Source of the DNA: Gnetum montanum
Taxonomy: Eukaryota; Plantae; Gnetophyta
Length of the DNA stretch: 64,000 nucleotides
Assembly (NCBI GenBank): GCA_015680685.1
Contig: MNCI01000003.1
Coordinates: 604,193-668,192, forward strand
Reading direction: 5' to 3'
A program made the position numbers and the translations under genes. Each line of letters begins with the position of its first letter. Position 1 is the stretch's first letter. The notes below the pieces were generated by a model that worked only from the letters and a program-made list of their open reading frames with translations, did no database searches and was not told the DNA's origin. Of this stretch, positions 27,301-40,329 are shown piece by piece.

Positions 27301-27803
27301 ATTGATCATAGGTTCTAATACTCATCCTCCTCACAATCGTTAGGAGGGGGAACATCCTTTGCTAAAGAACCCATGATAAAGGGTTCCTCGTCTCCTATTT
27401 CCCTAAGGATGTGTGGGGCTTTGCCCTTCAACAAAGAATGTTGACTCTCCTACCTTAAATCTCTCATACATTGGGCATCTGTGGGATAATAATCCCTCAT
27501 GTCAAAATCTTCTGCAACGTATTCCATGAAATGCTCTTGCATGCCAATCTGTACCAAGGCATGGAAAAGCATGTGAGAGATTGATCGATCTAGAGGTAAC
27601 ACAATGTTACCTTGCAAATCTCTCCACCACAGTTGTTCATCCTGATGGAGAACAAAAGTAAAGTTAGGAATATACTCATCGGGATGAGTATATGTCATCC
27701 TATATTGTTTAGGACTTGGTTGATTTTGGTTATGTTTTTTATCTTGCCGACTATCTCGTGTGTGGTCCTTAGGTGGTGAGTTTCTCTTATGAGAAGAAGG
27801 CAT
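24399..27803 (-). pseudogene. Element B polyprotein frame: N-terminal ORF, His/Arg/Ser-rich linker, retrotransposon gag, aspartic protease region, unique C-tail
   Basis: ORFs 27450-27803, 27042-27302, 26697-26924 and 24399-26654 share one frame. Gag motifs IPWFEG..HLQAF..KLKLFPRTLTKEA; protease C-half IQLELVDQSITIPLGLVED..YPADFLVI..PIIMGGAWL. Ends GDGHLC*. Confidence 0.85.
25018..25836. other. Assembly gap
   Basis: N run. Confidence 1.
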
Positions 27804-28892
27804 TTTTATCGGTGTGCTGATTTACCGTTACATAATTTTTTCTTAATTAACCTGAAGGTTCATTAAGGCTCACAATGATGTGAGTGATATCCCTTATGTT
27901 CTATTCAGCGCACAAACACTTAGTCCCCAACAACGGTGCCAATGATGAGTGGCGAGGCACCCCTACACTCAACCATATGAAACGAGCGTAGCAAGCACAA
28001 TTCGGTCAAACTCCGCAGACTAAATGCCTGAACACCCCATGGAGAACTTGGGGTTAATCATTCGTTGTCTTCCCATACTTACTTGTTGTTGTCACGGTGT
28101 ATGGTTAAGTAACTCCGAGGTATATGATTTTTTTGGTCTTTTCTGGTTTTATGTCTTCTATGCTAAGAGCAAAGGGTGAGAAACTAACTAACTCTAACTA
28201 ATGTCCTAATTCTAAATTAACTAGCATCAGCACCCATTCCCACTTACCGTACACACCCTGAACTATGCAACTGTGGCTACCAAACGCTAATCGTTACTGG
28301 GATCACCACATGTAACGCACGTGCTCAAAGTGGTCGTACTGAGGCATCTAACTAGCCTAAGCGTGATGAGCAGCCAATTCCTTGACTAGCCGTACACATC
28401 CGTAGATGCTCTTAATCAAGTCATACTCATCCTGTATTCTAGGAGTTGAGGGTGAGAGAGACTAATCGCGATGAGTAGCCACTTCCTTGGTTAGCCGTCC
28501 ACATTCATCAATGCTCGTAACCAAGTCGTACTCATGCCGCGCTAATGTAGGTAATAAATAACAGGTAGGAAATAACATGTAATAAATCTATTCCATATAC
28601 CGTAAGGTTTATCCACAAAGCTCGTCTTTATTGCCGTACACAACTTGCGTTCAGGTATAAAGCTGCTCGAATAAAGAACCGTTCATTTTGGGACTCCTAC
28701 TACGGGCACATGGAAACTATTCTATCTTTGGGGTGATCAATCCGCCAAAGCTTCACTACTTCTAGCCTAGGATTCCAAATGAGGGGAGTGCCACCTCTTA
28801 TTTATAGATTTGGCAACGGACTGCTATATCGCGTATGCGATATCGTAGGGGACGACGCAATATCGCGGTGCATGCGATATCGCATCTCATCA

Positions 28893-28975
28893 CTTGTGGA
28901 GCCATCATGGTTCTCAAGAGTCTACTTGGAAACTTGAGTAAAATTTATGTTCTTCCTATCTTGAGATCTTCTAGC
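28893..28975 (+). pseudogene. Remainder of element E chromodomain
   Basis: Joining across B restores MKVLWSHHGSQESTWKLE, the chromovirus KVLW...EATWE motif. Confidence 0.85.
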
Positions 28976-30069
28976 ATGAAGATTCTTAAGGGAGGATAGG
29001 ATGTCAAAACTCTTATTTTAACATCCTTGGTATGTATGATCTTAATAGAGATTGTATTACTATTGCTTTGGTGTATGTTATTCATATTATTGGTTTGATA
29101 AATTTTATGGTTTTGCATCAATGTTTCATGGTTTCAAGCTTTGAGATGTATTGGTTTGTTTAATTTTATATATATATATATATATATTTTTATATTTATA
29201 TTTTTATATGTATATATGTATATTTTTTTACCATTCAATACATGTTCACTAACCCTATTGATTGAGTGTGAAAGGATTTCATGAGTATTGTGTAAGAGCA
29301 TAACATAACATATTATCTGTGATTTGTTTATTTTTCTAGTGTATATTTTATGACCTTGTTGTATGTGATGTTTTAGCTACCTTTATTATATCTAATTAAG
29401 TTAGTTTTATTAATTGTAAGAGACTTATTAGGGCTTTTTTGGGAATAATGGTTTTATAGTATTTGCTTTATTGATTATTTTAGTATATAGGAATATTATA
29501 TTAAAAGGAAAGAAAGTTACATCTTGGATGAGAAGAATTAATGGAAATATTAATTTATTAACTTAAGCTTATCAACCACATGTTGTTGAAAAGTTGCACA
29601 GAGAAAAATGATGTTGTTGCTGGATGTAATGGTTTTGACATTAATACAGATGCTTTGCTTGTAGAATCGGGACAAGTTTGAATCTTCAAAGAAGTACTTG
29701 TTACCTTGGTAAGCACATATATTTTTCTACACTGAGTTTTCTAGTTTCCACATGATCACCAATGACAAATGTCATGAGGATAGGAATTTTTTACATATAT
29801 ATTACCCACATCATATGAGAATAAACAATATTTGTGTGCCATGTGCAAATTACAATGGTGATCAAGCATAAACAATATTATGTGGGTTAGGTTCTGGGGG
29901 TACTCCTCAAAGGAAATGTTTTCTTTTTATTTATGCTTGAAGAAAAGGCTTGCAATCTGACATAATAAAAAAATGGCCCCTTCAATTTCAAGTGTTAAGG
30001 CTTCGTGTAGGTATTTTGTATTAGAGAGTAGCATGTCTCTTATTTTGGCATTCCTTATAAATTTAAGTG

Positions 30070-30325
30070 TTATATCTGTATCAAGGGTTGTCTACGCTTC
30101 AAGAAACCTTAGTAATGTATAGAAAGACCAAGTGCAATGGCAAACTAGACCTTGATGGAAACTCTTTTCTTCTTAAGAACACTTTAGGAAGTGCCATCTC
30201 TGTTGTGTTTGCTATAGCACTTTTGGCATTTGGTCAAAGTTCAACACTTACTAGAACATATGTAGGGTAGTATGTTATGCATGGATTTTAATCTTGGAAA
30301 TGCAGCCTTGGATAGATAGAAATCT
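30070..30325 (+). pseudogene. NRAMP: NRAMP1-type metal transporter gene fragment, intronless and disrupted
   Basis: Reads [15 protein letters not shown], then a frameshift, then [51 protein letters not shown]. This matches the NRAMP consensus transport motif [23 protein letters not shown]. Confidence 0.88.
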
Positions 30326-31449
30326 GTAGGATTGTTTTAATTGTTGAGAAGCTTTCAAAGGATGAAGGAGTTGATATTGCTAAAGTTGTAGTAGGCTTTG
30401 GTTGCTTAGATGTTTGTAATTATGTTATTATAAAATTTTTTCACATTTAAAATAATAAATATAAATAATAAATAATAGCTTTCTTCCTTGATTTGAAGAT
30501 CAAATCTATGATTACATTCATAAATACTCTAATTTTCTTTATTTTTTACCTGGACAAGTGTCAATTACAAAGAAAAGTAAGGAGATTGAGATTACAAACC
30601 ATATTTGGAGATTAGTTGTAAATATTTTGAACATCCAAAGTATCAGTTAGAAGATAAAGAAGATCTCTAATCTTCATGCATTGAAGACATATGGCAGCCA
30701 TGCTTCTCTTCCAAAGAGAACAATGAGGAAAAGAATATAAGGGATATAAAAGCCCATACACATAGATAAAGAGGGTCATCAAGAAGAAAGGAGAAAGCAA
30801 AGTCTCTTGGCTTCTCTCTTTTTCTTTCCATATCTTACTTCTTCTTCTCTTCTCCATTTCCTTCTCTTGTTTCATACCACCATCTCCCGATCCCATATCC
30901 CTTCTCCCTTTCCATATTAGTGTTGTTGTTGCTACATGCAACTCATTTCTTGGTGTTAGCATTGTTACTTGTAATCGATTGATGTTGGATGTTGTTTTTG
31001 TTGCTATTATTAGTCATTACTAGATGGTGTTGTTGTCTACAAGCTTTTGATACTACTTGTTGTACCTACTATGTACTACTACCATGGCTACTTGCAACCA
31101 TTCATGAATTTGTTAAGTTCTCTCTTTTCTCTGTTTCATTTTATTTTTTTTAATATTACGATCTTTCTAAATTATTTCATCTTCAATATTTCTGTTTGAA
31201 ATTAATTTAATATTTTCAGATTTAGTGATTTCATTTAAATTATCAACCACATTTCTCTTCCACTGAGACTATTCCCAAGCTAACCATGCCCATAAGCAAG
31301 GTTCCCTAGGTAATAGCCTTGCCAAATCATGCACTTTAGAGGCGTTGTGCATTAGTTTGTCTCATGGCCCAAATTTTTGCATCAACAACTTCAAACAACA
31401 AATCTTCATTTAGAATCCTTAAGATAAGTGTTGTTATTAAAACATTTTT

Positions 31450-32230
31450 AAACTTAGAAACAATATCCTACAATTTTCATTAAAATTAAACACATGTTTC
31501 TCTTGTAAAAGGTTAGTCAAAGATGTTACCAATGTAGAGTAACATTTTATAAAATGCCAATAAAATCAAGTTAGACCTAGAAAACTATGAATTACTATAG
31601 CGTCCTTGATATTGGCCATTCTAAGACTACACTTACTTTGAATAGATCTACTTGCAATTCTTTTCTTAATATAATATGGCTAAGATAATATACTTCTTCC
31701 TTAAAGAATTTACACTTAGTTTGGCTTTTAGTTAATTTTATTTTAGGATCTTTATAGTAGTCTTCAAATAATCTACATGTTCTTCTCCATCTTCAAATAA
31801 ATGAGTATATCATCCATAAATACAATGATAAATTTATCTATATATTCTTGGAAAATATTATTCATCAAGGCTATAAATGTTGTAGGTGCATTTATTAATC
31901 TAAATGGCATTGCTACAAATTTATATAGACCATATTTTATTGTGAACAAAAATGAACTCTTAATTTTGAAGTTGATGGCTCTAGAACACATACATATCCC
32001 TTATTTTGTTAAACTTCCAAATCTTCCATTACTTTTTTTAAAAAACTAACAATTTGAAATAGTCAAATTCTTTGGGAATATCATTAGATATCAAACTATT
32101 TTTAGTCCTTATAGGAAATACTTTATCAAAGATATTTTATCAAGATTGATCCTTTTAATAGGAAGAAAACATCTTCTTTGATGGAAAATGAAATTAAATA
32201 TGTTTATCCAATTATTTATTATAACTTGGG
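31450..32230 (-). pseudogene. Highly decayed Ty3/gypsy reverse transcriptase fragment
   Basis: ORF 31773-31991 contains YGLYKFVAMPFRLINAPTTFIALMNNIFQEYIDKFIIVFMDDILIY. Confidence 0.85.
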
Positions 32231-33388
32231 TAATTCTTGTCATTATTATCATCATAAAAAATTTTGTTTAATCAATGTCCAAATTTGCAAGTTTACAAGT
32301 TGCAAAAGCTAAGGAAAACTAGAATCTAGAGGTATTCAAGATCTTAATATTAGGACATCCCCTATACCTTTTATGACCAACAATGGTAAATTGAAATTTT
32401 ATACAAATCTAATGAATGATAAATTAGCTATTGATACTATGGAGATACTCTCATCAATTTAGACTATAATCAAGGTTAAGAAAATTCATAAGAAAAAAGA
32501 TGACAAGGGTTTTGTTATGATTCATTCAAGAAAGTTGATAAGCTCCAAAAGTCTAGCAAAAAACAAATCAGATCATTCTTTTTCAAAATAAAATGAAGTA
32601 CAAAAATATAACTATTTACATTTCAAATCAATTCAATATTGTGAAAATTTTAATAAAGGGTGCCTCTACTAAAGAAAACTTTCTTGTGATAATTAGAGGT
32701 GGCTCAAGTAGTTGGTTCATTGTGTAATAATGATTTGTAGGTAAGAGATTGCCACTTTAAGTCATCCTTAAGATAACCACTACAATTCTTCTAAAATATT
32801 ACATCAACTATGTCTTGGGGGCTACTTATAGCCAAAAGGTTTTTGTTTCCAACATCCTCTCTCAACAAAAAGAAAAATAATCATTGTTACATAACATTTC
32901 ATTTAATTTATCACTCATTGTTATTTTATGTTTTCGAATACTCATTTTACAACTCATGTCTTGTTTGATATTCTAGTTATTGGTTTTTTTTTTCCCATGT
33001 TGTACTTCTGTAAATTAATTTTCAAATTAAATTTTTATTAAGTTTTGGGGTATAATAATTTTCAAAATAAAGTTTTGTTAAGTTTTCATGTCCTACACCC
33101 ATTTCTCAAATATTATGTAACAAGAGAATAAATAAAACAATTGGACATTACAACTAAGTCAAATATTATATCAAATCTTATGCAAATGTATAGTATGTAA
33201 TTTTGTCATGCCTATGAATAAGTACACAACTTTAGCTCATATCCTCTTTTTTAGAGTCTCTTTTTCCAAGAAATAGAATTCAAATAAAATTTTTATGTCC
33301 TCTAGATCCTGAAACATTTGTACTTTGTAAATTCAATTCTATTTTGATGGATTGACAATGATTAGTTGTTTCACATAATGGAAGTAAA

Positions 33389-33720
33389 TTTTTACTTAGT
33401 AGTTACACCATATATATTTGTAAACTAATTCTCACACAACTCTTTATCTCATTAATATAAATATTCCTATTACAATATATAAAGGATTTGACCATGATTT
33501 TATATAAACAATTTTTTACTTTAGGGACTTGTGTGTATGTTAACAAACATTTTTACTTAGTAGTTATACCATATATATTTGTGAACTAACTCTCACGCAA
33601 CTCTTTATTTCATTAATATAAATATACCTATTACAATATATATAAAGGATTTGGCCATGATTTTATATAAACAATTTTTCACTTTAGGGACTTGTGTGTA
33701 TATTAACATACATTTTTACT
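33389..33720. repeat. Tandem duplication of a ~162-bp AT-rich unit, followed by (TA)n running into a gap
   Basis: TTTTACTTAGTAGTTA..CCATATATATTTGT..AAAGGATTTG..TTTAGGGACTTGTGTGTAT occurs twice head to tail. Confidence 0.9.
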
Positions 33721-33777
33721 AAAATTGAAATTGAAATCTTAGTTCTATTACATCCAAATATATATATATATATATAT

Positions 33778-34576
33778 NNNNNNNNNNNNNNNNNNNNNNN
33801 NNNNNNNNNNNNNNNNNNNNNNNNNNNNNNNNNNNNNNNNNNNNNNNNNNNNNNNNNNNNNNNNNNNNNNNNNNNNNNNNNNNNNNNNNNNNNNNNNNNN
33901 NNNNNNNNNNNNNNNNNNNNNNNNNNNNNNNNNNNNNNNNNNNNNNNNNNNNNNNNNNNNNNNNNNNNNNNNNNNNNNNNNNNNNNNNNNNNNNNNNNNN
34001 NNNNNNNNNNNNNNNNNNNNNNNNNNNNNNNNNNNNNNNNNNNNNNNNNNNNNNNNNNNNNNNNNNNNNNNNNNNNNNNNNNNNNNNNNNNNNNNNNNNN
34101 NNNNNNNNNNNNNNNNNNNNNNNNNNNNNNNNNNNNNNNNNNNNNNNNNNNNNNNNNNNNNNNNNNNNNNNNNNNNNNNNNNNNNNNNNNNNNNNNNNNN
34201 NNNNNNNNNNNNNNNNNNNNNNNNNNNNNNNNNNNNNNNNNNNNNNNNNNNNNNNNNNNNNNNNNNNNNNNNNNNNNNNNNNNNNNNNNNNNNNNNNNNN
34301 NNNNNNNNNNNNNNNNNNNNNNNNNNNNNNNNNNNNNNNNNNNNNNNNNNNNNNNNNNNNNNNNNNNNNNNNNNNNNNNNNNNNNNNNNNNNNNNNNNNN
34401 NNNNNNNNNNNNNNNNNNNNNNNNNNNNNNNNNNNNNNNNNNNNNNNNNNNNNNNNNNNNNNNNNNNNNNNNNNNNNNNNNNNNNNNNNNNNNNNNNNNN
34501 NNNNNNNNNNNNNNNNNNNNNNNNNNNNNNNNNNNNNNNNNNNNNNNNNNNNNNNNNNNNNNNNNNNNNNNNNNNN
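33778..34576. other. Assembly gap (likely hides the last MADS exon)
   Basis: N run directly after a pyrimidine tract on the minus strand. Confidence 1.
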
Positions 34577-34624
34577 ACAGAAGAAGAAAAACAAAACAAG
34601 ACAAAATGACAATAATAATTATAC

Positions 34625-34779
34625 CCATATATATGATGACGCGTTTGGTTTCTAGAAGATGATGATTCTCCCATGCAAACCTGCTGCCGGTACTGGCAAG
34701 CCATCATGGCACTTTCATCACCAAAAGAGTGTGCTGGTGCTGAAGCTGCCATCTCTGAGCTGCTTCCAGTCTCTGACAG
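34625..34779 (-). CDS. MIKC-c MADS-box gene, C-domain exon (LSETGSSSEMAASAPAHSFGDESAMMACQYRQQVCMGESSSSRNQTRHHIYG)
   Basis: Acceptor CATGCAG is in phase with the preceding 42-bp exon. Donor GG|GTATAA is followed by a pyrimidine tract running into the gap. An alternative donor CAG|GTTTGC lies at 34680. Confidence 0.7.
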
Positions 34780-34865
34780 CTGCATGCTATGCATGTCTTG
34801 ATCAGAAAACCATGGAAAAAAAAGGTATTGGAAGGAGTAATTAGCGGTTCTAACTACTGTCTCAC

Positions 34866-34907
34866 CAATTTGTGTAGCATCATGTTTTCCTCTATTAAGT
34901 CATGCTC
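34866..34907 (-). CDS. MIKC-c MADS-box gene, second 42-bp K-box exon (EHDLIEENMMLHKL)
   Basis: ATCCAG|...|GTGAGA splice sites, exactly 42 bp, ExxLxEENxxL K3 motif. Confidence 0.9.
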
Positions 34908-35099
34908 CTGGATGACAAACACCGAACCCAAAAATCAGAATATACGTGACATTTCTAAGAGTCACAGACGATATCTCAATAAATGTATAAATAGTTAAGA
35001 AAATAAATGTATAAATAGTTAAGAAAACATAAGAAAATTATTATTTCTTTAAACACATTTTATATTAATTGTTTGAAAAAGATTAAGTAGCAAAGGATC

Positions 35100-38000
35100 G
35101 GTATTCTTCTGGACCACAGACCTTTAAACAAAATAATAGTATTGGAGAGAACATTATTAATTGTGATCCTGAGATTCAAAAATTGGTAAAACGAATAGTA
35201 TTTTAATAAACTCTGAAAAAGTATAAAGAAAAAAATATTTTTATTTGAATGGTACGAAGAAATTTTTCATGAAGAACTAATATTCTATAAATAACATTGT
35301 AGATCACCATATCTTCCTACAGAATCTTTCATTTAAGTACATTATCTTTTATTTAAGCACATTAAACATAACTGAGATATTATAATTTCTCATTTAATGT
35401 TTTTCTTGCCATTGAATATTCTGCTCCTAGAGAAGCTGCTTTGTATGATAGAGCAGGTTCATCTAGAGATTATCCTTTCCAAAATTTAGAAACAAATATT
35501 GTGAAGTGTAGAACTAAAAGAGTTGTTTTTATCTATGGAGATTTTTAATGCTAGAGTTGGACCACTTCAAACAGAAATTATTCAGTGGCAGAATGCTAAT
35601 GGTGGCTTAAACATTGTTCCATGTATGAATTGGGCTAGGTGCTTTGAAGATAGTAGCATCAACAAGATGGGACAACAGTTTTTAGAGTAGACTAAGGCTT
35701 TCGATCTACTCATTTGTAATAGCTTATCTAGATTTCCAGGGTCTACAACTTTCACTTTTACAGGACTTTAAGGTAACTCTTGTATTGATTTTCTTCTATT
35801 ATCAATTGAAAATATAAACTATATCAAAATTTTACACTAGGAGCTGAGGTAGTGGAATCTTGTCATCATTCTTTAGAGTTTATCTTGCAGGTCCAATTGT
35901 ATCTTGATACTGAAATGAATAAGAAAAAGAAAGTTCATCAACAAATATTAACATATGAGGTGAAAGATAAGGACAAAGAGATCGTGCAAAAGAAAGGGGA
36001 CTTTAACCAACATTCTAAGAAAGTGAAACAAATTTCAGTTGAATCACTTAAACAAGTCATTAATGACTGCTATCATAATACTCATCAGCACTAATTTGAT
36101 GATGAATGTATGCAAGATAGAAGGAATATTTAAAAAGTTACTGCAAATCAAAAAAAAAATTTGATTAAGCTGTATAAATGCTTAAGCAGAAATAAGAAGA
36201 GGATCTTTGTTAGAAATCAGCAATAGCATTTTACATACATAATAAAAAACAAGCCTAAGAAACTCTAGAAGTCTTTTTAGCACAAATTGTCTCATCACTT
36301 GAAATCTTTTTTCATGATATTTGCATTTTTTATAATAAGCTTTTTTTAAGAGAGGATGATAGATGTTCCACCCTTACTCAAGCTTCCTTGTATTTCACTC
36401 TAGATGAGATGATTGATGAAATTAAGAGATTAGCAATTGGTAAAGCTATGGATCTTGATGATTTGTATGTTGAATTACTTCAATGGGCAAGAACTCCTAT
36501 TCATAAAGAAATCTGTCCAAGACTAAATACAATGGTTGAGAAGGGCTTGGACCCATGATGGAAGATTACCAAGGAAATACTTTTACATAAAAAATATAAC
36601 AAAAACAATCTAAACAACTATCAAATGATAATGGCTAATAATATTTTTTCCAAGCTATTGTGCACTCTTCTTGAAAAAAGATTAGACATTTCGAAGGCTT
36701 CTAACAAAACCACTCCACTTTTGATCATTTGGTTACTCTTAGATATTGTATAGAAGCTGCAAAAAAAACCAACAAAAAAGTTTTCATGTTTTATTGATTT
36801 TGCAAAAGCATATGACTCAGTGATCCAAATAAAGTTCTGAAAGTAACTTAATTATTTAGGCATTCCTACAAAGTTAATAGCAATAACTCAAAAGTTGTAT
36901 GAGGAAGTCATAATTGAGGTTGAGGATAGTATCAAAGGATAAATTTCAGTTTTAGAGCATAACTAAAGTGAAGCAAGCCTGTCCTTTATCTCCAACTCTC
37001 TTCAGTCTCTTTATTGATAAATTACAAGGTGGGTTCTATAAAGGTGATCAAAAGCATGTTATCAAAATAGGATCTCAAGCAATACATCTACTTCTATGTG
37101 CAAATGATGTTGTATTAATTTTGACATCTAAATTAGGTATGTTGTACATTAATGTAGAAAAAACAAAAATAATAATAAGGGGCACCAAAAATGTAAATTT
37201 TAGTTTTAGTTTGTGATCTACCAAAATAAAAATTGTGAACTCCTTTAGATACTTGGGGCTTCATTCTGGAAACAATTACATATGGGATAAATTGTCAAAG
37301 AAAGAATAGCATGAGGAATTAAATCTTTCTGTGTAGTTAAAAACAAATGCAAGACATTAGGAATCTAGGCTTGGCAAGTCAGAAAACAAATCTTCAAATC
37401 TATCATTTATCCAACTATATTGTATGGGTATGCAGTATGGGGACCAGGTCTAAGCACACAAAATTGGTAGGCTATTGAAAGGATGCATAAGATTTGTTTA
37501 TTAGATGACTTACAAATAAAAGCTTAGACACCTTATTCCATGTTGCTTTTAGAGTATGATATGCTTCCCCTAGAAGTTGAATCTCTTTGTTAACTTGTTT
37601 CTTATACTCAAAAACTCTCAAAATCAAAGCATCCTCAGTTTTCTAAGAAAGTCCTTGAAAGTACAAGAGAACAAGGCTGGTATTTTCAGGGGATACAATG
37701 GCTCAAAACTTAGAATATCTCAATAAAGGTAGTGCAAAATAATCCTAACCATATTCAAAAGTTAGTAAAACATCAAATATTAGCAAGGTTGTGATCAAAT
37801 GTTGAAGAAAAGAAAAAATTCTACTTGGAGCATATTCTTTAGATTCTCCAACCAAGTATCTTATAGTTAATATCCCAATTAGAGCTCACAATTTTATTAG
37901 TAGACTCTATTTCAATTCACATCGTCTAAGGCTTGAAAGTGGAAAATTAATTTATATGTCAAGGGAATAGCGCACATGTCAATTATGTGCATTCAAAGCC

Positions 38001-38215
38001 CTTGAGGATAAGGAGCATGGAATTCTTAGTTGTCATGTGACTAATCATCTAAGATAGAAATACAATATTATGGGTAGCAAGTTGTATGATTTTTTTTTAT
38101 GCATCTCGTGGTGGTTAGCCACTTTGATGAGTCAGTTTTTGTTCTTCATGACATGAATGTATTAGTTGTCTAATAGATCCTTTGGGTCTATAGATGTTAA
38201 TAAATCAATTACAAT
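35100..38215 (+). mobile_element. LINE-a: decayed non-LTR retrotransposon ORF2 (APE endonuclease, RT, C-terminal Cys/His finger), RTEX/L2-like
   Basis: IYGDF-NARVG (~35530), GNSCIDFLL, FIDFAKAYDSV, VKQACPLSPTLFSLFID, LLCANDVVL, INVEKTK, FRYLG, SHRLRLESGK..RTCQLC..EDKEH..SC. 3' hairpin plus AATAAA at 38168-38204. Confidence 0.9.
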
Positions 38216-40329
38216 TTCATAATTATAAATTTTATAGATTTGTCGTAAATATTACTAACAATACTAAGTAATTTTTTAATGATGATTTTAAATATTGTAA
38301 CATGGATATTATTATTGTCCAATAGATTTAAAGGTTCTATGAATCCAGTAAAATTTACATTTAAATTTTACAAATAAAGAATTGTTGCTTAAATACATCA
38401 TTAATTATCTTATAATTTGAGAAAAACTAATCTAAGTAGGTTTCTCTTTACTATAATTCTATACATTGATGCCAAGTATAACTGTTATTTTCATATGATT
38501 CTATGATCTTGATCATACCAATGTTTAAAAAGTCAAATAATTAGTCATGTCTACTAAGTACGTTAGTTAAATTATCAACAAGTTATGTCAGTTAGTTGAT
38601 AAATAGTTGACACCTAGTTAACATGTTTTAAAGAAGTATTTTTAAAATATTTGGTTATTTTATTATAAAAATAATAAAAAAGTATTTGTAGATTGTATTT
38701 TAATATTATTTAATGAATTAAATTTTAATGCTAGTATTTTTTTTTAAATTATATTATACTATGAATAGTTAATATAATATTAAAAATTACTGTTAAAAAT
38801 TAGTATCATTTGGTTTGAAATTTAGGTGGTAACTAGTTACCTTTTTAAAGAATGATCATGCTCCATTTTAATAGGATAACACTATGAAATATAATTTAAA
38901 TTTAAATCTTTGTTATGTCTAAAGACTTATAGGATCTATTGGATAGATATTAAATTTTCATTGAAAAATAAAAATAGACTCTACAAATTGACCAAATACT
39001 AATGGGAAAATAAAAAATAAACCATACAATTTTTTTGCAATAAAATTATAATGATGTCTCAAATAGGTAGTCACAACACCAAAAAAAATATATGTAAGTT
39101 ATCTACAAGGCTTCTAACTTACACAACCTACAAAAACACTATTCTCAAGGGAGTTGAAGCCATCTTCCACTTTTAATTCTAAGATAATGCAAACTTAAAC
39201 AAAGCTTGTTGGTAATAGTCTAATACTTAATTGAAATAGCATCTAAGAGATAGTGATCTTTTATATCTAGTTTATTAGATCTAATGTGATATAAAAAAAA
39301 TTGTTTCTTGCCTTCTACATTAGACTACATCTATATTAAATCTCTTTTCTTAACTAGTTGGCAAATTTACTTAGCATTTTACTACACATCCTCTTAAGAG
39401 ATATTTTATTGTCTCAATCATTTCATTCCCTAAAAATACTAACCATAATTTTTTCAATCATCAAGAATTGCTTTAGATAATTTATCTTACCTTGAGATGT
39501 ACAAGCTATGAGTATATGCAATGAATTGGCACAAGGCTTTTACTTCTAAAGGTAACAAATCACATTCAAATAGTAACATTAAATAAGGCATTTACATCTT
39601 TACCTTTAATTCATTGAGAAGAAGAAAAACTTTCTCTCTTTTAATATCTCAAATAATACATCCATACAATAAAGAATAATAGATGATAGTCTAAAAAATT
39701 TATTTTTAACCTTCCAAGCCTACAGTCCTAAATCCTTACACTTATTTTTGAAAGCATACAAAGTCTTAAAACCTCTAGTTATTTTTCCTTTGATGCACTT
39801 TTTGCAAATATAATTGTTCATATAAATGAAACTCAAATATTTAAAAGAATCTACTATTTGCACATTGGTACCTCCAAAATGAAAGTTATAACATGTATTT
39901 CTTATACTAGAAATCATCAGTTTGGTTTTATCCACTTTAACTTGAAGACCATATAAGAGACAATAATTTCTAAATTTGCAACCTATTTTACATACCTTTT
40001 ACAATAATAAAGATAAGGTAGTGTCATTTATATATTAAAAAATCTTCCCAACTTAGGGTACAAATTTGATAGCATAACTATCTTGCCCATTGCATAATAA
40101 TTTTTTACATTTTATTAGTAAAGATACTAAGGAGAGTTAAAGAAAGTAGAAAACTTTACTTACCTTCAGTTTTTCTTTGAAACTGAGATTTTGGTTTTTT
40201 TTTTTTTGAATTACTATCTATAATTTTAATATTCACTTCTTCATATAATCTTTTAGTTGACACAATTAAACTTTAAGGGAGACCATTTTTATGTAAATGC
40301 AACCATAGTTTTGTCTGAACAATTAAATC

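Larger units (their letters stand above)
21722..28892 (-). mobile_element. Element B: full-length non-autonomous Athila-like LTR retrotransposon (5' LTR 27943-28892, 3' LTR 21722-22675)
   Basis: Paired ~950-bp LTRs with TGATGAG...CTCATCA termini; TSD CTTAT/CTTGT; PBS TTGGCACCGTTGTTGGGGA (tRNA-Asp type) at ~27924-27942; PPT CATGGGGGTA at 22676-22685. Two internal N-gaps. Confidence 0.95.
13803..29560 (+). mobile_element. Element E: old Ty3/gypsy chromovirus (Tekay/Del-like); 5' LTR ~13803-17375, truncated 3' LTR from 29002; interrupted by element B
   Basis: LTR starts TGTAACA at 13803; 13803-14370 is homologous to 29002-29560. Degenerate Met-tRNA PBS TAGTATTAGA at 17379. PPT AAGGGAGGATAGGA at 28988-29001. 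Decayed gag-pol lies between. Confidence 0.8.

Noticed and set aside
40160-40185. Exon-like CAG...AAG|GTAAGT on the MADS strand
   Set aside because: Lies within the RT region of LINE-b, is 19 nt (frame-breaking), and the true 42-bp exon is at 34866-34907.
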